Virus record (IMG/VR): IMGVR_UViG_3300021255_000114
Span: 295,942-359,941 of that record
Reading direction: 5' to 3' (one strand)
Origin: a virus
Lineage: Duplodnaviria; Heunggongvirae; Uroviricota; Caudoviricetes
DNA: 64,000 nucleotides
Below are positions 45,772-55,653 of the stretch, piece by piece. Made by a program: the position numbers and the translations under genes. The notes beneath the pieces were generated by a model that was not told the DNA's origin, did no database searches, and saw only the letters and a list, made by a program, of their open reading frames with translations. Each line of letters opens with the position of its first letter. Position 1 is the stretch's first letter.

Positions 45772-48700
45772 ATGGCAAACAGCAGACCGACGTTTTTCCA
45801 ACGCATGAATAAATTTTTCGGAACCGACACCGCAATTTCGGCTGATTACACGCGTAGGAATGTCAATACATATAAAATAGATAACCCCAATGTCATATTC
45901 GCTACAAAGGATAAGGCTGAATATGACATGAAATCATTGGAGTTGCGCCAAAACAAATTGCTGAATTGGAAATGGCGAAAAGCGAATATACAAATTTCCA
46001 ATGAACAATATATGAATATCGCCGACGTTAAGATGATGTTTAGGGATGCAGACTTGATGGATGGGTTTCCTGAATTTGGCGCTGCGGCTGATATTTTGGC
46101 AGAAGAAGCATGCGCAATGCCGTCAGGCAACAAACTTCGCATGGTCAACGTTTTTTCAAGGTCAGAGCGTATTAAGGCAATCCTTGAGGATCTTCTCTAC
46201 AACCGCCTGCAAATTAACATGACACTTCCAATGATTGCAAGGGCAGGTGTTAAATATGGCAACTGTTACATGTTACATGACATAGATTTAAACAACGGTG
46301 TTCGCGGTTGGCGGCAACTGCCGGTATACGAAGTCGAACGTTATGAAAACATGACTTCCGATAATCCATACTACACTTATTTTCAAAACCCGAACAATAT
46401 AGACCTTGATAAAGAAGGTGCGACCCGCTTTGTTTGGGTTGGACAAAATGAATTTACACCATATTGGAACTGGCAAATAAGTCATTTTCGCTTACTATAT
46501 GATTCTCAATGTCTTCCATATGGGTGTAGTTTTTTTAACAAGGCACGTAGGCATTTCCGAATGCTTTCTATGATGGAGGATGCAATGCTTATGTACCGCC
46601 TTGAACGTGCGGTTGAACGCAGGGTGTTCAAAGTAAATGTCGCTTCCATCGATGAAGATGATGTACAGGCATATGTAGAGGATGTGGCAAATGAATTCAA
46701 ACGTACGCCAATTATTGACCCTTTGACCGGTCAACTTGATCTACGTAAGAATCTGATGCCGGTATGGAAAGGTACGCCAATTCCATTACTTGATGGACGT
46801 ATCATTACAATTGAAGATCTCGCCAAGGAGTATGAAAACGGAAAGACAAACTATGTTTATTCAATACAAGACAGGACTCAGCAAGTTGTTCCTGGTAAAG
46901 TTGTATGGTGTGGAAAGAACTATACAGCCAAACAGATGGTAAAAGTTACATTGGATGATGGTGGATATATTCTTCTTGCCCCTGAACATGAGTTTGTAAT
47001 GCGAGATGGTTCAAAGAAAAGAGCTGATCAAGTTTCTGTTGGTGAAAGTGTTATGCCATTCTACACAGAATTTAAGTCTTTGTATAAAGATAGAAAATAC
47101 GAAACTGTATTCAATCCAAACACCGGTAAGTTTGATTGGACTCATCGCTTGATTGCTGATGAAAACCCTAAGCCTATCTCAGATAAAACAATCAATACCG
47201 TGCATTACAAGAATTTCAATAAAATGGATAATACACCTGACAATCTATTGTGGTGTAACTTCCATGAGCATCATAAAATGCATGGCGAAATGGCGCGAAA
47301 CATGTGGGAAGATGAAAAGAAACGTCAAGGTATTATCAAGAAACTCTCAGATGGGAGAAGGAAATATTATGCTGAGCATGGCTTTCCCCAAGAGATAAAA
47401 GATAAGATTTCCAGATCTCTCAAAGAGACGTTTAAGGATCCCAAGTATCATGAGTTCTTCAAAGAACGTGGTGAAGCAAAGAAATCCGAAAATATGCGTA
47501 AGTTTAACGCAGCTTCCCGTAGAGTCTATGTTTCTTTTGATGATAACGTTTATACGGCGATGCGAACTCAAGTTGAAAGACATAATGTAAATTCGGTTTC
47601 AGAAATGACGAAATATCTCAATGATTCCATGATTGAGTATATAAGAACTATAAATAATCTGGATGAAACATACAATATCGACGTTGACACTGTAACCAGA
47701 CGTATTGTGTCTCTGGGATTCAAGAATACAAGTGAGTATTTTACTGCAATGCAAAAGAACCATAAAATTGTAAAGATTGAATTGGTTGAGGGTGACGATG
47801 TCTACTGTATGACAGTGGTTGGTTTAAATGGCGAAGAGGATAGGCATAATTTTGCTCTACTTGGACTTGGCATTGAACAGAATAAAAACAATAGAATGTC
47901 CGGATGTTTTGTAAGTAACTGTAACACAGAAGATTTTTTTATACCCGTTCGTGACCCGAATGAACCTAATCCAATTGAAACCCTCCAAGCAGCACAGAAC
48001 CTTACAGCTCTCGATGATATCAAATATGTCTTGAACAAGATACTCATTGCACTTAGGATTCCAAAGGCATTTCTTAATTTTGAAGAAACAGCCGGTGACG
48101 GTAAAAACCTGTCACTTATGGATGTTCGTTTCATGCGTACGGTAAACAGGGTGCAGCAAATGCTTTTGCTTGAACTTAACAAGGTTTGTATTATCCATCT
48201 TGCTATTCTCGGTTTCACTGATGACTTGACAAATTTCACCCTTACAATGAACAATCCAAGTTCTCAAGCTGAAATGCTGGAGATTGAGAATCTTGCAAAA
48301 AAAATCACAACCGCAAAAGACGCTATTACAGACGGCGGAAATGGTATTCCTCTCTATTCTTGTATACGTGCTTGGAAGGAAATTCTTGGATGGAGTGAAA
48401 AGGAAATTTCGGATAATCTTGAGGAACTGAGGCTTGAAACAGCACTTGCCGCTGAACTCCAAAAAACCGCACAAATCATTAAACGTACAGGATTGTTTGA
48501 CAATGTTGATAATGTTTATGGTGAACCCGGCGCCGACTATAGTGATCAGGGAACGGGTGATGGAGAGAATGATGAAATGGCCGGTGGTATGGGAGGTGGC
48601 GGTGGTGCCGCTGCCTTTGGCGGTGACATGGATATGGGCGCAGCACCCGAAGGTGAGGATGTTGAAGGCAGTGAAGGTGATATGGGATTAGACCAGGCCG

Positions 48701-49017
48701 CAGATGAAGCGGCAGGAGGTGAAGCGCCTGATAACGGTGGAGAGGGCGGTGATATGCAAGTCCTTGCCGAAGCAGTTATGAACAGGAAATTAAAGAGACT
48801 TAACCAAAGGAAACGGGCCATACAAGAAGATATTCTCGCAAAAAGCAAGAAATATAGCAATATGCTTCTTGATAAACTGAATGAAAAGAAAAAACAGGAG
48901 GAAGAAATGATAGAGAATATTCCCTTGTTTAACAAATCATTTTTTGTAAATGAAGAACTTGACGAAATGTCGAAACATCTTGATGCATACATGGAAGAAC
49001 GCAGAAGTCTAAAATAA
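45772..49017 (+). CDS. Portal protein (T4 gp20-like) interrupted by an intein
   Basis: MMEDAMLMYRLERAVERRVFKVNV, then KNLM|intein|CNTEDFFIPVR, then DDIKY...ALRIPKAFL. Confidence 0.93.
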   Translation: MANSRPTFFQRMNKFFGTDTAISADYTRRNVNTYKIDNPNVIFATKDKAEYDMKSLELRQNKLLNWKWRKANIQISNEQYMNIADVKMMFRDADLMDGFPEFGAAADILAEEACAMPSGNKLRMVNVFSRSERIKAILEDLLYNRLQINMTLPMIARAGVKYGNCYMLHDIDLNNGVRGWRQLPVYEVERYENMTSDNPYYTYFQNPNNIDLDKEGATRFVWVGQNEFTPYWNWQISHFRLLYDSQCLPYGCSFFNKARRHFRMLSMMEDAMLMYRLERAVERRVFKVNVASIDEDDVQAYVEDVANEFKRTPIIDPLTGQLDLRKNLMPVWKGTPIPLLDGRIITIEDLAKEYENGKTNYVYSIQDRTQQVVPGKVVWCGKNYTAKQMVKVTLDDGGYILLAPEHEFVMRDGSKKRADQVSVGESVMPFYTEFKSLYKDRKYETVFNPNTGKFDWTHRLIADENPKPISDKTINTVHYKNFNKMDNTPDNLLWCNFHEHHKMHGEMARNMWEDEKKRQGIIKKLSDGRRKYYAEHGFPQEIKDKISRSLKETFKDPKYHEFFKERGEAKKSENMRKFNAASRRVYVSFDDNVYTAMRTQVERHNVNSVSEMTKYLNDSMIEYIRTINNLDETYNIDVDTVTRRIVSLGFKNTSEYFTAMQKNHKIVKIELVEGDDVYCMTVVGLNGEEDRHNFALLGLGIEQNKNNRMSGCFVSNCNTEDFFIPVRDPNEPNPIETLQAAQNLTALDDIKYVLNKILIALRIPKAFLNFEETAGDGKNLSLMDVRFMRTVNRVQQMLLLELNKVCIIHLAILGFTDDLTNFTLTMNNPSSQAEMLEIENLAKKITTAKDAITDGGNGIPLYSCIRAWKEILGWSEKEISDNLEELRLETALAAELQKTAQIIKRTGLFDNVDNVYGEPGADYSDQGTGDGENDEMAGGMGGGGGAAAFGGDMDMGAAPEGEDVEGSEGDMGLDQAADEAAGGEAPDNGGEGGDMQVLAEAVMNRKLKRLNQRKRAIQEDILAKSKKYSNMLLDKLNEKKKQEEEMIENIPLFNKSFFVNEELDEMSKHLDAYMEERRSLK
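46759..47919 (+). mobile_element. Intein (387 aa) with HNH-type homing endonuclease; atypical Pro1 and Cys in block F
   Basis: Block A PVWKGTPIPLLDG; block B LAPEHEF; HNH-like VHYKNFNKMDNTPDNL..C.FHEH; block F VYCMTV; HNFAL; ends FVSN followed by C+1. Confidence 0.85.
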
Positions 49018-49043
49018 ACTATTTATTAGGAAAAAGAATACAA

Positions 49044-49982
49044 ATGGATAAACAGGATAATTTACAGAAGGGTATGGTGCTTATGGCTGAAGCTCTTAAA
49101 CAATATGAAGAAGGTAAATTCGACCTTGCTGAACATAGCAGGGAACAAGCAAATCATTTCTTTGATGCCGCAAAAGAAGAATTGTCGACTGAAGAAGGTA
49201 TTGAAAGGGCAATGTACGGAGAAAACCGTAATTTCGGCATTATCTATCACATCATTGAAGAGAATAGTAACAAACTATATGAAACAACAGAGGGCAGGAA
49301 AAAAATCGGTAAACTTGTAAATGCAGTCAAAAACAACCCGATATTAATGTATGAATTCAAAGTGTATGACACATTTACCCACCCATCCAACGTAAAAGAC
49401 CCCGAAAAATATGTCAATGAGGCGGTTTCGGTTATCAAACGTTATGATAATAACAAAATCACTGAAGCCAATTCATCACTTATCAAAGTCGTAAAAGAGT
49501 GCGGTTTGGATGAAAATATTGACATTGACGATGAAACCTTGTCTTTGTATGAAGCCGTGGAGTTCACTCTTCTCAATACTCCGAGCATTTCCAATATGAA
49601 GGAATATATTGATGTTAAGGATATGCTTCGCGAGAATGTCGAACGTAACAATACCCATACAAAAGCGAATGTCGATATCGATAGACTACAGGATGAAGGG
49701 GTTAGACAAATTGCCGAAAAATACAACAGGGAACTCAACGATGATGAGAAACGTCTAGTTGAGGAAATTGCAAGTTCCCCAAAAAAGGCTGAAAAACGTT
49801 TCATGATAATTAAAGAAAACCTTTTGAGTGATTTGCAGAAGAAAATCAACGAATCCGAAGGAACCGACAAAGAGGGATGGAAACAGATATATGAAACGGT
49901 GAACAGCAAAATCTTCGACAAAAATAGCGCACTTGGTGTTATTGCCGATATGATATCACTCAAAGAAACCATTCTTTCCTGA
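49044..49982 (+). CDS. Hypothetical late protein
   Basis: 312-aa ORF; TATTTAT at 49020. Confidence 0.85.
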   Translation: MDKQDNLQKGMVLMAEALKQYEEGKFDLAEHSREQANHFFDAAKEELSTEEGIERAMYGENRNFGIIYHIIEENSNKLYETTEGRKKIGKLVNAVKNNPILMYEFKVYDTFTHPSNVKDPEKYVNEAVSVIKRYDNNKITEANSSLIKVVKECGLDENIDIDDETLSLYEAVEFTLLNTPSISNMKEYIDVKDMLRENVERNNTHTKANVDIDRLQDEGVRQIAEKYNRELNDDEKRLVEEIASSPKKAEKRFMIIKENLLSDLQKKINESEGTDKEGWKQIYETVNSKIFDKNSALGVIADMISLKETILS

Positions 49983-50110
49983 TAAGGGCGTGTTTTTGAT
50001 AAACATATGGCGGCTTCCTTCTTCTTTTGGGGAGTCGTTTTTTTTTTTAACATAATTTATGTTAAAATTGTGGTTTTTGTAGTATATTTAATATAGAAAA
50101 AATCAGTTTT

Positions 50111-50548
50111 ATGGTCGATGACAAAAAGAAAACCATCCAAAAGGAAGTGAATATCACAACAAGCAACATATTCAAAACCAAATACGGGACATTTGACAAA
50201 GATAACCCGAAAGTCCTATATCTTAATGTGAAGGCAAAGGTAAAACCGTTGCATAAAAAAAACAACTATAGTCATGATATCAAGGGAGTTAAAAAGCAAT
50301 TTGATGAATGCATAGAAAATTACTTCAAAACCACTGAAAATTATTCCAGAAACTTTATATATTCATGCGATGTTTCCGAAAATAACATCACGTTCGGTAA
50401 AAAAAGCAATTTGAAATATGAAGTGCTTGTCAGGCCAAATACTGTAAAAGATTTTGATGATTATGCAGACGATATGAAAAAATTGTCGAATACGCTGTCC
50501 GAGAGCCTTTTTAGGATAATGGAAACATTTCAATTTGAGGTTTGCTGA
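50111..50548 (+). CDS. Hypothetical protein
   Basis: 145-aa ORF; AGTATATTT at 50081. Confidence 0.8.
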   Translation: MVDDKKKTIQKEVNITTSNIFKTKYGTFDKDNPKVLYLNVKAKVKPLHKKNNYSHDIKGVKKQFDECIENYFKTTENYSRNFIYSCDVSENNITFGKKSNLKYEVLVRPNTVKDFDDYADDMKKLSNTLSESLFRIMETFQFEVC

Positions 50549-50574
50549 CTATTTATCATAAACTAAAGTTGAAT

Positions 50575-51198
50575 ATGAAACAAAAAATACAATTGACGGA
50601 AAAAGAACTCAAACAGATTATAAAAGAATCAATACTGGAAATGGACGCCGAGGAACAGCCACAGCCTAAATTCAAGCAGGGTGATTTGGTCGCTGTTGAT
50701 TATGGTGCTGCCGATAGTTCTTTTGGGGCGAATGGCCAACCCGCCATTATTGCGAATTCAGAGTGGAATGCTCCCGAAAATTGCTGGATGTATTTCTGCA
50801 TACATACAACACTCCCAAGGCGCGAATGGTTCAAGGAGGAAAATCTTAAACCATTGAACAGGAATTTAAACGAAACAATAAGCAAAGTCTTAAAAGAATA
50901 CTTCGATGCCGAAAACAGCGCAGATGACTATTCTGAAACAATTTCTTTCACTGCAATGAATGATGTCTTGCGCCAATTCGGATTGTCCATATCAGGTTAT
51001 CGAGATGTTGAAAACAGAAGTACTGGTGAAACAGGCATAAGATACGAACTTGATTCACCAAAGAATGTTGATACCAATGCTCTTGAAAACGCACTAAAGA
51101 AAGCCGCAACCAATCCTGATGGTGTTTTTGTCAGTATCGGACAAAATAAATATGCACCTGAAATCAAAAGAATTTCAGTGGTTGTAGTTAATCCGTGA
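50575..51198 (+). CDS. Hypothetical late protein with 'QLTEKELKQIIKE' tag (likely start 50575)
   Basis: TATTTAT at 50550 precedes ATG 50575. Confidence 0.8.
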   Translation: MKQKIQLTEKELKQIIKESILEMDAEEQPQPKFKQGDLVAVDYGAADSSFGANGQPAIIANSEWNAPENCWMYFCIHTTLPRREWFKEENLKPLNRNLNETISKVLKEYFDAENSADDYSETISFTAMNDVLRQFGLSISGYRDVENRSTGETGIRYELDSPKNVDTNALENALKKAATNPDGVFVSIGQNKYAPEIKRISVVVVNP

Positions 51199-51205
51199 CC
51201 AAAAC

Positions 51206-51238
51206 AAAGCGAACCTTAAACAGTTCGCTTTTTTTTTC
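51206..51238 (+). terminator. Intrinsic terminator
   Basis: AAAGCGAAC-CTTAAACA-GTTCGCTTT followed by a T tract. Confidence 0.8.
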
Positions 51239-51291
51239 TTTTATGCACCATATTTATTGTTAACACACAGTATGTATACGCGTTATATAAA

Positions 51292-52032
51292 ATGGCAAAC
51301 AAAGTAATAGATAAACAATATATAAAAGAGATTAAAGCAGGACAAACAGGTTACGGATTGCTTATTGAACGTGACGGTGGAATTAAGGGAAATCCCGACG
51401 TAATCCAACAGATAAAGGAAGATATAAATCATCACGATAAATTTGTAATCCCAGACCATTTCATTGTAAGCGGTGTTTTGCAAAAATACGGAATCAAAAA
51501 CGCCAACGGTCGAATTTACCCTGAAGCAATCCTTAAAAGAGAAGTCGAACGATATATCAATGAATGCATCAACGGCTTCGGAAACACTGCAATAGGAGCT
51601 CTGGACCATCCGGATTTTTCGAATTTATCACTTCATGACGTAGCACATAAAATCCTGAATCTACGTTGGGAAGGTCATACTCTATTGGGTGAACTTGAAC
51701 TTCATCTTTCACCCGGATATAGAAGGTATGGGGTATGTTCCACAAGCGGAGACCTTGCAGCGAACCTTATACTTGATGGTATACAGATAGGCGTTTCTTC
51801 TAGGGCACTTGGTAATGTTGTTCAGAAACTTGGTGCACTCGTTGTCGACGATTCACTTGAACTTATCGGTTGGGACATAGTGGCAACGCCGTCAACCCCA
51901 AACGCATGGATAACAATGAATGCAGCAAAACTTCAACCTTTCATTGAGAACAAGAAAGAAGACAAAGAAAATAAGGAAAAAATAAACGAAACCCTTGAGA
52001 ATGCGAAAAAACTCGTATCACTTTGGGGATAA
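51292..52032 (+). CDS. Prohead core protease (T4 gp21-like)
   Basis: NANGRIYP, GALDHP, VAHKI, GVSSRALG and DIVATPS motifs. Confidence 0.93.
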   Translation: MANKVIDKQYIKEIKAGQTGYGLLIERDGGIKGNPDVIQQIKEDINHHDKFVIPDHFIVSGVLQKYGIKNANGRIYPEAILKREVERYINECINGFGNTAIGALDHPDFSNLSLHDVAHKILNLRWEGHTLLGELELHLSPGYRRYGVCSTSGDLAANLILDGIQIGVSSRALGNVVQKLGALVVDDSLELIGWDIVATPSTPNAWITMNAAKLQPFIENKKEDKENKEKINETLENAKKLVSLWG

Positions 52033-52041
52033 AGGATTATT

Positions 52042-52851
52042 ATGGAATATAGGAATAATTTCGGAAACTTACAGGAGAGATATGTTTATCTCGTAAACAA
52101 ATTAGCAGATGCTTTTATAGAGTACAATGGAGATGAACCAGTAGACGAGAACGAAGCACATATTTGGGTGAGTGAAAATTTGTTCGACGTTTTTGATGAA
52201 CGCGATGAGGATATTTACTACGGGCTCAGAATATTGTCTTCAAATCCGGATCAATATGGTGGTGGTGAATATGAGTTCACACAGTCACTCATAAACGATG
52301 TGGTTGATGTATTAATTTCAAAAAATAATAAGGTAATGGCAAAGCAGCAAATACGTTTAAATGAAGCATCATTAAAGGAAATGATTCGCCAAATTATAAA
52401 AGAAACAGAGTTATATTATGATACAGATAACTTCAGTGGGCGTTGGAATAAAAATATTCCCGATGATTATATTGACCCTGAAGGGAGTCTTGACAACCCC
52501 AATCAAAATCCAAAATCAATTGAGGGATGGGGAGAAGTATATAATAGCGGTGACAATAAACAAGATGAAATAGATTATAGTTGGGATCAATTCAATGATA
52601 AAGGTATTGCTCCTTCTGTATACGGAAAATTTGCGACAACATCAAAAAACAATATTGATAAAGAGAAAGATGCTGCCATGGATATCAGGAATAATAAAAA
52701 AAATTGGACTGATAGACAGATTAAATCGGCGGGCAAAATGAAAAACAAATGGGTTAACGGCCAACGTTCGTTGGATGACATTGATGATGCTTTTTATGGT
52801 AGCAGCATCGATGAAGCAATTAATAAAGCATTTAAAAAAATTATAGGATAA
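52042..52851 (+). CDS. Hypothetical head-associated protein with internal 'RLNEASLKEMIRQIIKE' tag
   Basis: 269-aa ORF between protease and scaffold. Confidence 0.8.
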   Translation: MEYRNNFGNLQERYVYLVNKLADAFIEYNGDEPVDENEAHIWVSENLFDVFDERDEDIYYGLRILSSNPDQYGGGEYEFTQSLINDVVDVLISKNNKVMAKQQIRLNEASLKEMIRQIIKETELYYDTDNFSGRWNKNIPDDYIDPEGSLDNPNQNPKSIEGWGEVYNSGDNKQDEIDYSWDQFNDKGIAPSVYGKFATTSKNNIDKEKDAAMDIRNNKKNWTDRQIKSAGKMKNKWVNGQRSLDDIDDAFYGSSIDEAINKAFKKIIG

Positions 52852-53993
52852 TGACAAAGCAACGGATACATATAAACTTGAATGAGTTGAAAGAAATTAT
52901 AAAACAACAGATATACGAATCATACCTTGGTGACTATGGCATGAGTGGCACCTGTGTATTTGAACCTGGTTTGAATTCTGACATTACCGAAGAAGAATCG
53001 GAAGAACTAGGGCAGTATATGCAGCCAAGTTATTCCATTTCATTTAATGCGGAAAGCAGTGGTGGTGACGGATATTATACCCCCGATGAAATATATAATG
53101 TTCCTGATGAAGGCGATGTGGAAGCAGTGCGTAGTGATATTAACGCAATTCCAAACGAGCACCTTCGTCAGGTAATATCAGATGAATTTGACACATGGTT
53201 GGCCAATTGTGAGCCCGATATGGATTATAACGAACCGGATATTGATGGATATAAGGACGAAGTGTACGAGGATAGTGGCTATGGTCAAGATGAATATTGG
53301 TTTAGACACCCACTTCACGATGAACCCGGCGATGAACATTACGATAATCCGGAACAAATCGCCATGGATAATGATGAAGCTTGGCGTGACCATGATGCCA
53401 TGTTCAAAAAATATGACCCGCGAAGCACCCAATACTCGGATGACCCGACTATGTTTCCGGATTCGAACCGTAACGCTCTCTACCAATATACAGGAAGAGG
53501 CAATGCGTTGAACGCCCAACAAAACGATGAACCGGTTAAAAGATGGTACGGACAGACGGAAAGAAGCACAAACAGAGAGACAGGCAAGGCAGCGCAGGAT
53601 TGGTTTCCGGCTGATTTCGATGATACCCAGTACACTGATAGCACATACAAAGTCAATAAGTACGGTGAAGTCAACGAAAACCAAATCAAGTCGTATTTCA
53701 AATCATTAATACGTGAAGCCCTTGAAGATATGGACAAAAAAGAATTTGTCATCCAAACAAGGACAGGCGGATACCTTCTTGACATTAAGGACGATTCTGC
53801 CTCATATGACGAAAACACTCTTGTCTTATCGGGTTTAGTGGGTCGTTCTTCTGTTGCCATTACAGTAAATCGTGATGATTACCAAAGGCTTGTGAACAAC
53901 GGAGAATCTTGCGACGCCTCCTATAAAATACTTAATAGAGGAGAAGATTCCACAACCGAAAACCCATGCACATTGTCGGTTTATACCGCTTAG
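52851..53993 (+). CDS. Acidic hypothetical head-associated protein with 'NLNELKEIIKQQIYE' tag
   Basis: 380-aa ORF between protease and scaffold. Confidence 0.8.
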   Translation: MTKQRIHINLNELKEIIKQQIYESYLGDYGMSGTCVFEPGLNSDITEEESEELGQYMQPSYSISFNAESSGGDGYYTPDEIYNVPDEGDVEAVRSDINAIPNEHLRQVISDEFDTWLANCEPDMDYNEPDIDGYKDEVYEDSGYGQDEYWFRHPLHDEPGDEHYDNPEQIAMDNDEAWRDHDAMFKKYDPRSTQYSDDPTMFPDSNRNALYQYTGRGNALNAQQNDEPVKRWYGQTERSTNRETGKAAQDWFPADFDDTQYTDSTYKVNKYGEVNENQIKSYFKSLIREALEDMDKKEFVIQTRTGGYLLDIKDDSASYDENTLVLSGLVGRSSVAITVNRDDYQRLVNNGESCDASYKILNRGEDSTTENPCTLSVYTA

Positions 53994-54068
53994 TCCTGAT
54001 ATTTAAATCAATATTTCATTTTGCACGATATTTATTAATTAAAATAAGGAATAATAGTTTCAATAGAA

Positions 54069-55583
54069 ATGTCAAAAAACATCAGAAGCCAATATATCAA
54101 AAACCTTGTGGCGGATAAAGACGCTCTTTCAGAGCAACTAAAGGCTAACACGAAGGATTCACTCCGTTCGCTTTTAGAAGATACCGTCAAAGATAGTTTG
54201 AGGGGTATTCTTAACGAAGAAGATGACAAAGAGAAGGATGAAACTTCCTTCGATGTAGAAGAGGTCAGCACCGATAACCCTACAGACGACACTACTACTT
54301 CAGAAATCAGTGCCGATACAGATACTGATACGGAAAGCGGCGAAAAGACGGATGACATCACAGCAATCGAAGACGAAACTGCACCTCAAGGTGAAGAAGA
54401 CACCGACGATACTGTAACAGACAATGTCACCGACGATAACACCGAAGAAGATGATATGTGGAAGAGTCTTGATCAGTTCAAGGGCGAAAACGGCGAATAT
54501 GACCTGACAGGAATGGACAGCGAGAACGTCATTAAAGTCCTTAAAGTTATGGGACCTGAGGATAGTGTACGTGTTATAAAGAATTCCAACGGCAGCATTA
54601 CCTTGAGCGACGATGAAACCGAAAAGGAATATATCATCGATATCGAAGGAAGCATAACTGATAACGATAACAGTTCAGTCGCAGAAGAATCATCAACCGA
54701 AACAGGAGAACCCGTAATGAACGAAGAGAATCTCGGCTACACCGACAATTATCAGAACAAAACCGCTATGACAACCCCCGGTAACAATGAACCCGGCAAG
54801 AACGTCAACAGTTGGGAGGATAAGGCAGTTCCTACAGGAACCGAAAAGCCTTGGGTTGGCAATAAGGGCAATATGAGCCCATACAACAAGAAAGTCAACG
54901 AGGGCGAGAACGAATGCAACAACGAATGCGGCAAGAATTGCATGGTGGAGATAGAACTCAACGAAGACCCCATCGATGTCGACATCAATGCCTCAAATCC
55001 GGATCCGTCAACAATGGACGAACAGTCACGTTTCGGCAAAGCCAACGAACGCGGCATGCACAAGACCCCGAAAAGTTCTGAAGACCACACAACCTACGGT
55101 TCACATGTCATTTCACGCGAAGGCGAGTACACAGGCAACGAACCTAACGGCAAAGTCAACGAGAGCAAAGACCAGGAACTCGCAAACATGATTCGCAAGG
55201 CTAATGCTATCCTTGAGGAAAACAAGGAACTCAAGAAGATTGCAAACGAACTCCGCGAGAAAATCAACGAGGCGGTGGTCATCAACGCAAGTCTCGCAAA
55301 GGTCATCAACCTCGTAACCGAGAACTCAACCACAAGGAATGAGAAAATCGACATCCTTACACGCTTCAACAACGTGAAGACAGTCAACGAGAGCAACGCA
55401 CTCTATGAAACTATCTCACGTGAGCTCAAAAGCGCACACTCAGTCAACAACGGCACAAAACTTATCAACGAACAGTTGAATGAAAGCAAAACTACTAAAG
55501 CCGCTGAAACTCAGATTTATAAGTCAGAGGATTTGAATGAGACACTTGACTTTATGAAGCGTTTGAACAAGATTAGACGATAA
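54069..55583 (+). CDS. Prohead scaffold/core protein (gp22-like position)
   Basis: Acidic N-terminal half and coiled-coil C-terminus; immediately upstream of the major capsid gene. Confidence 0.75.
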   Translation: MSKNIRSQYIKNLVADKDALSEQLKANTKDSLRSLLEDTVKDSLRGILNEEDDKEKDETSFDVEEVSTDNPTDDTTTSEISADTDTDTESGEKTDDITAIEDETAPQGEEDTDDTVTDNVTDDNTEEDDMWKSLDQFKGENGEYDLTGMDSENVIKVLKVMGPEDSVRVIKNSNGSITLSDDETEKEYIIDIEGSITDNDNSSVAEESSTETGEPVMNEENLGYTDNYQNKTAMTTPGNNEPGKNVNSWEDKAVPTGTEKPWVGNKGNMSPYNKKVNEGENECNNECGKNCMVEIELNEDPIDVDINASNPDPSTMDEQSRFGKANERGMHKTPKSSEDHTTYGSHVISREGEYTGNEPNGKVNESKDQELANMIRKANAILEENKELKKIANELREKINEAVVINASLAKVINLVTENSTTRNEKIDILTRFNNVKTVNESNALYETISRELKSAHSVNNGTKLINEQLNESKTTKAAETQIYKSEDLNETLDFMKRLNKIRR

Positions 55584-55653
55584 TTTTCATAAGTTTTTGA
55601 TTTAAGGCAATATTTATTAATTAACAATAAGAAAGAAAAATAGAAAAAATACA

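Noticed and set aside
50045-50067. Xer dif site
   Set aside because: Two XerD-like arms with a 1-nt spacer; dif needs XerC and XerD arms separated by 6 bp
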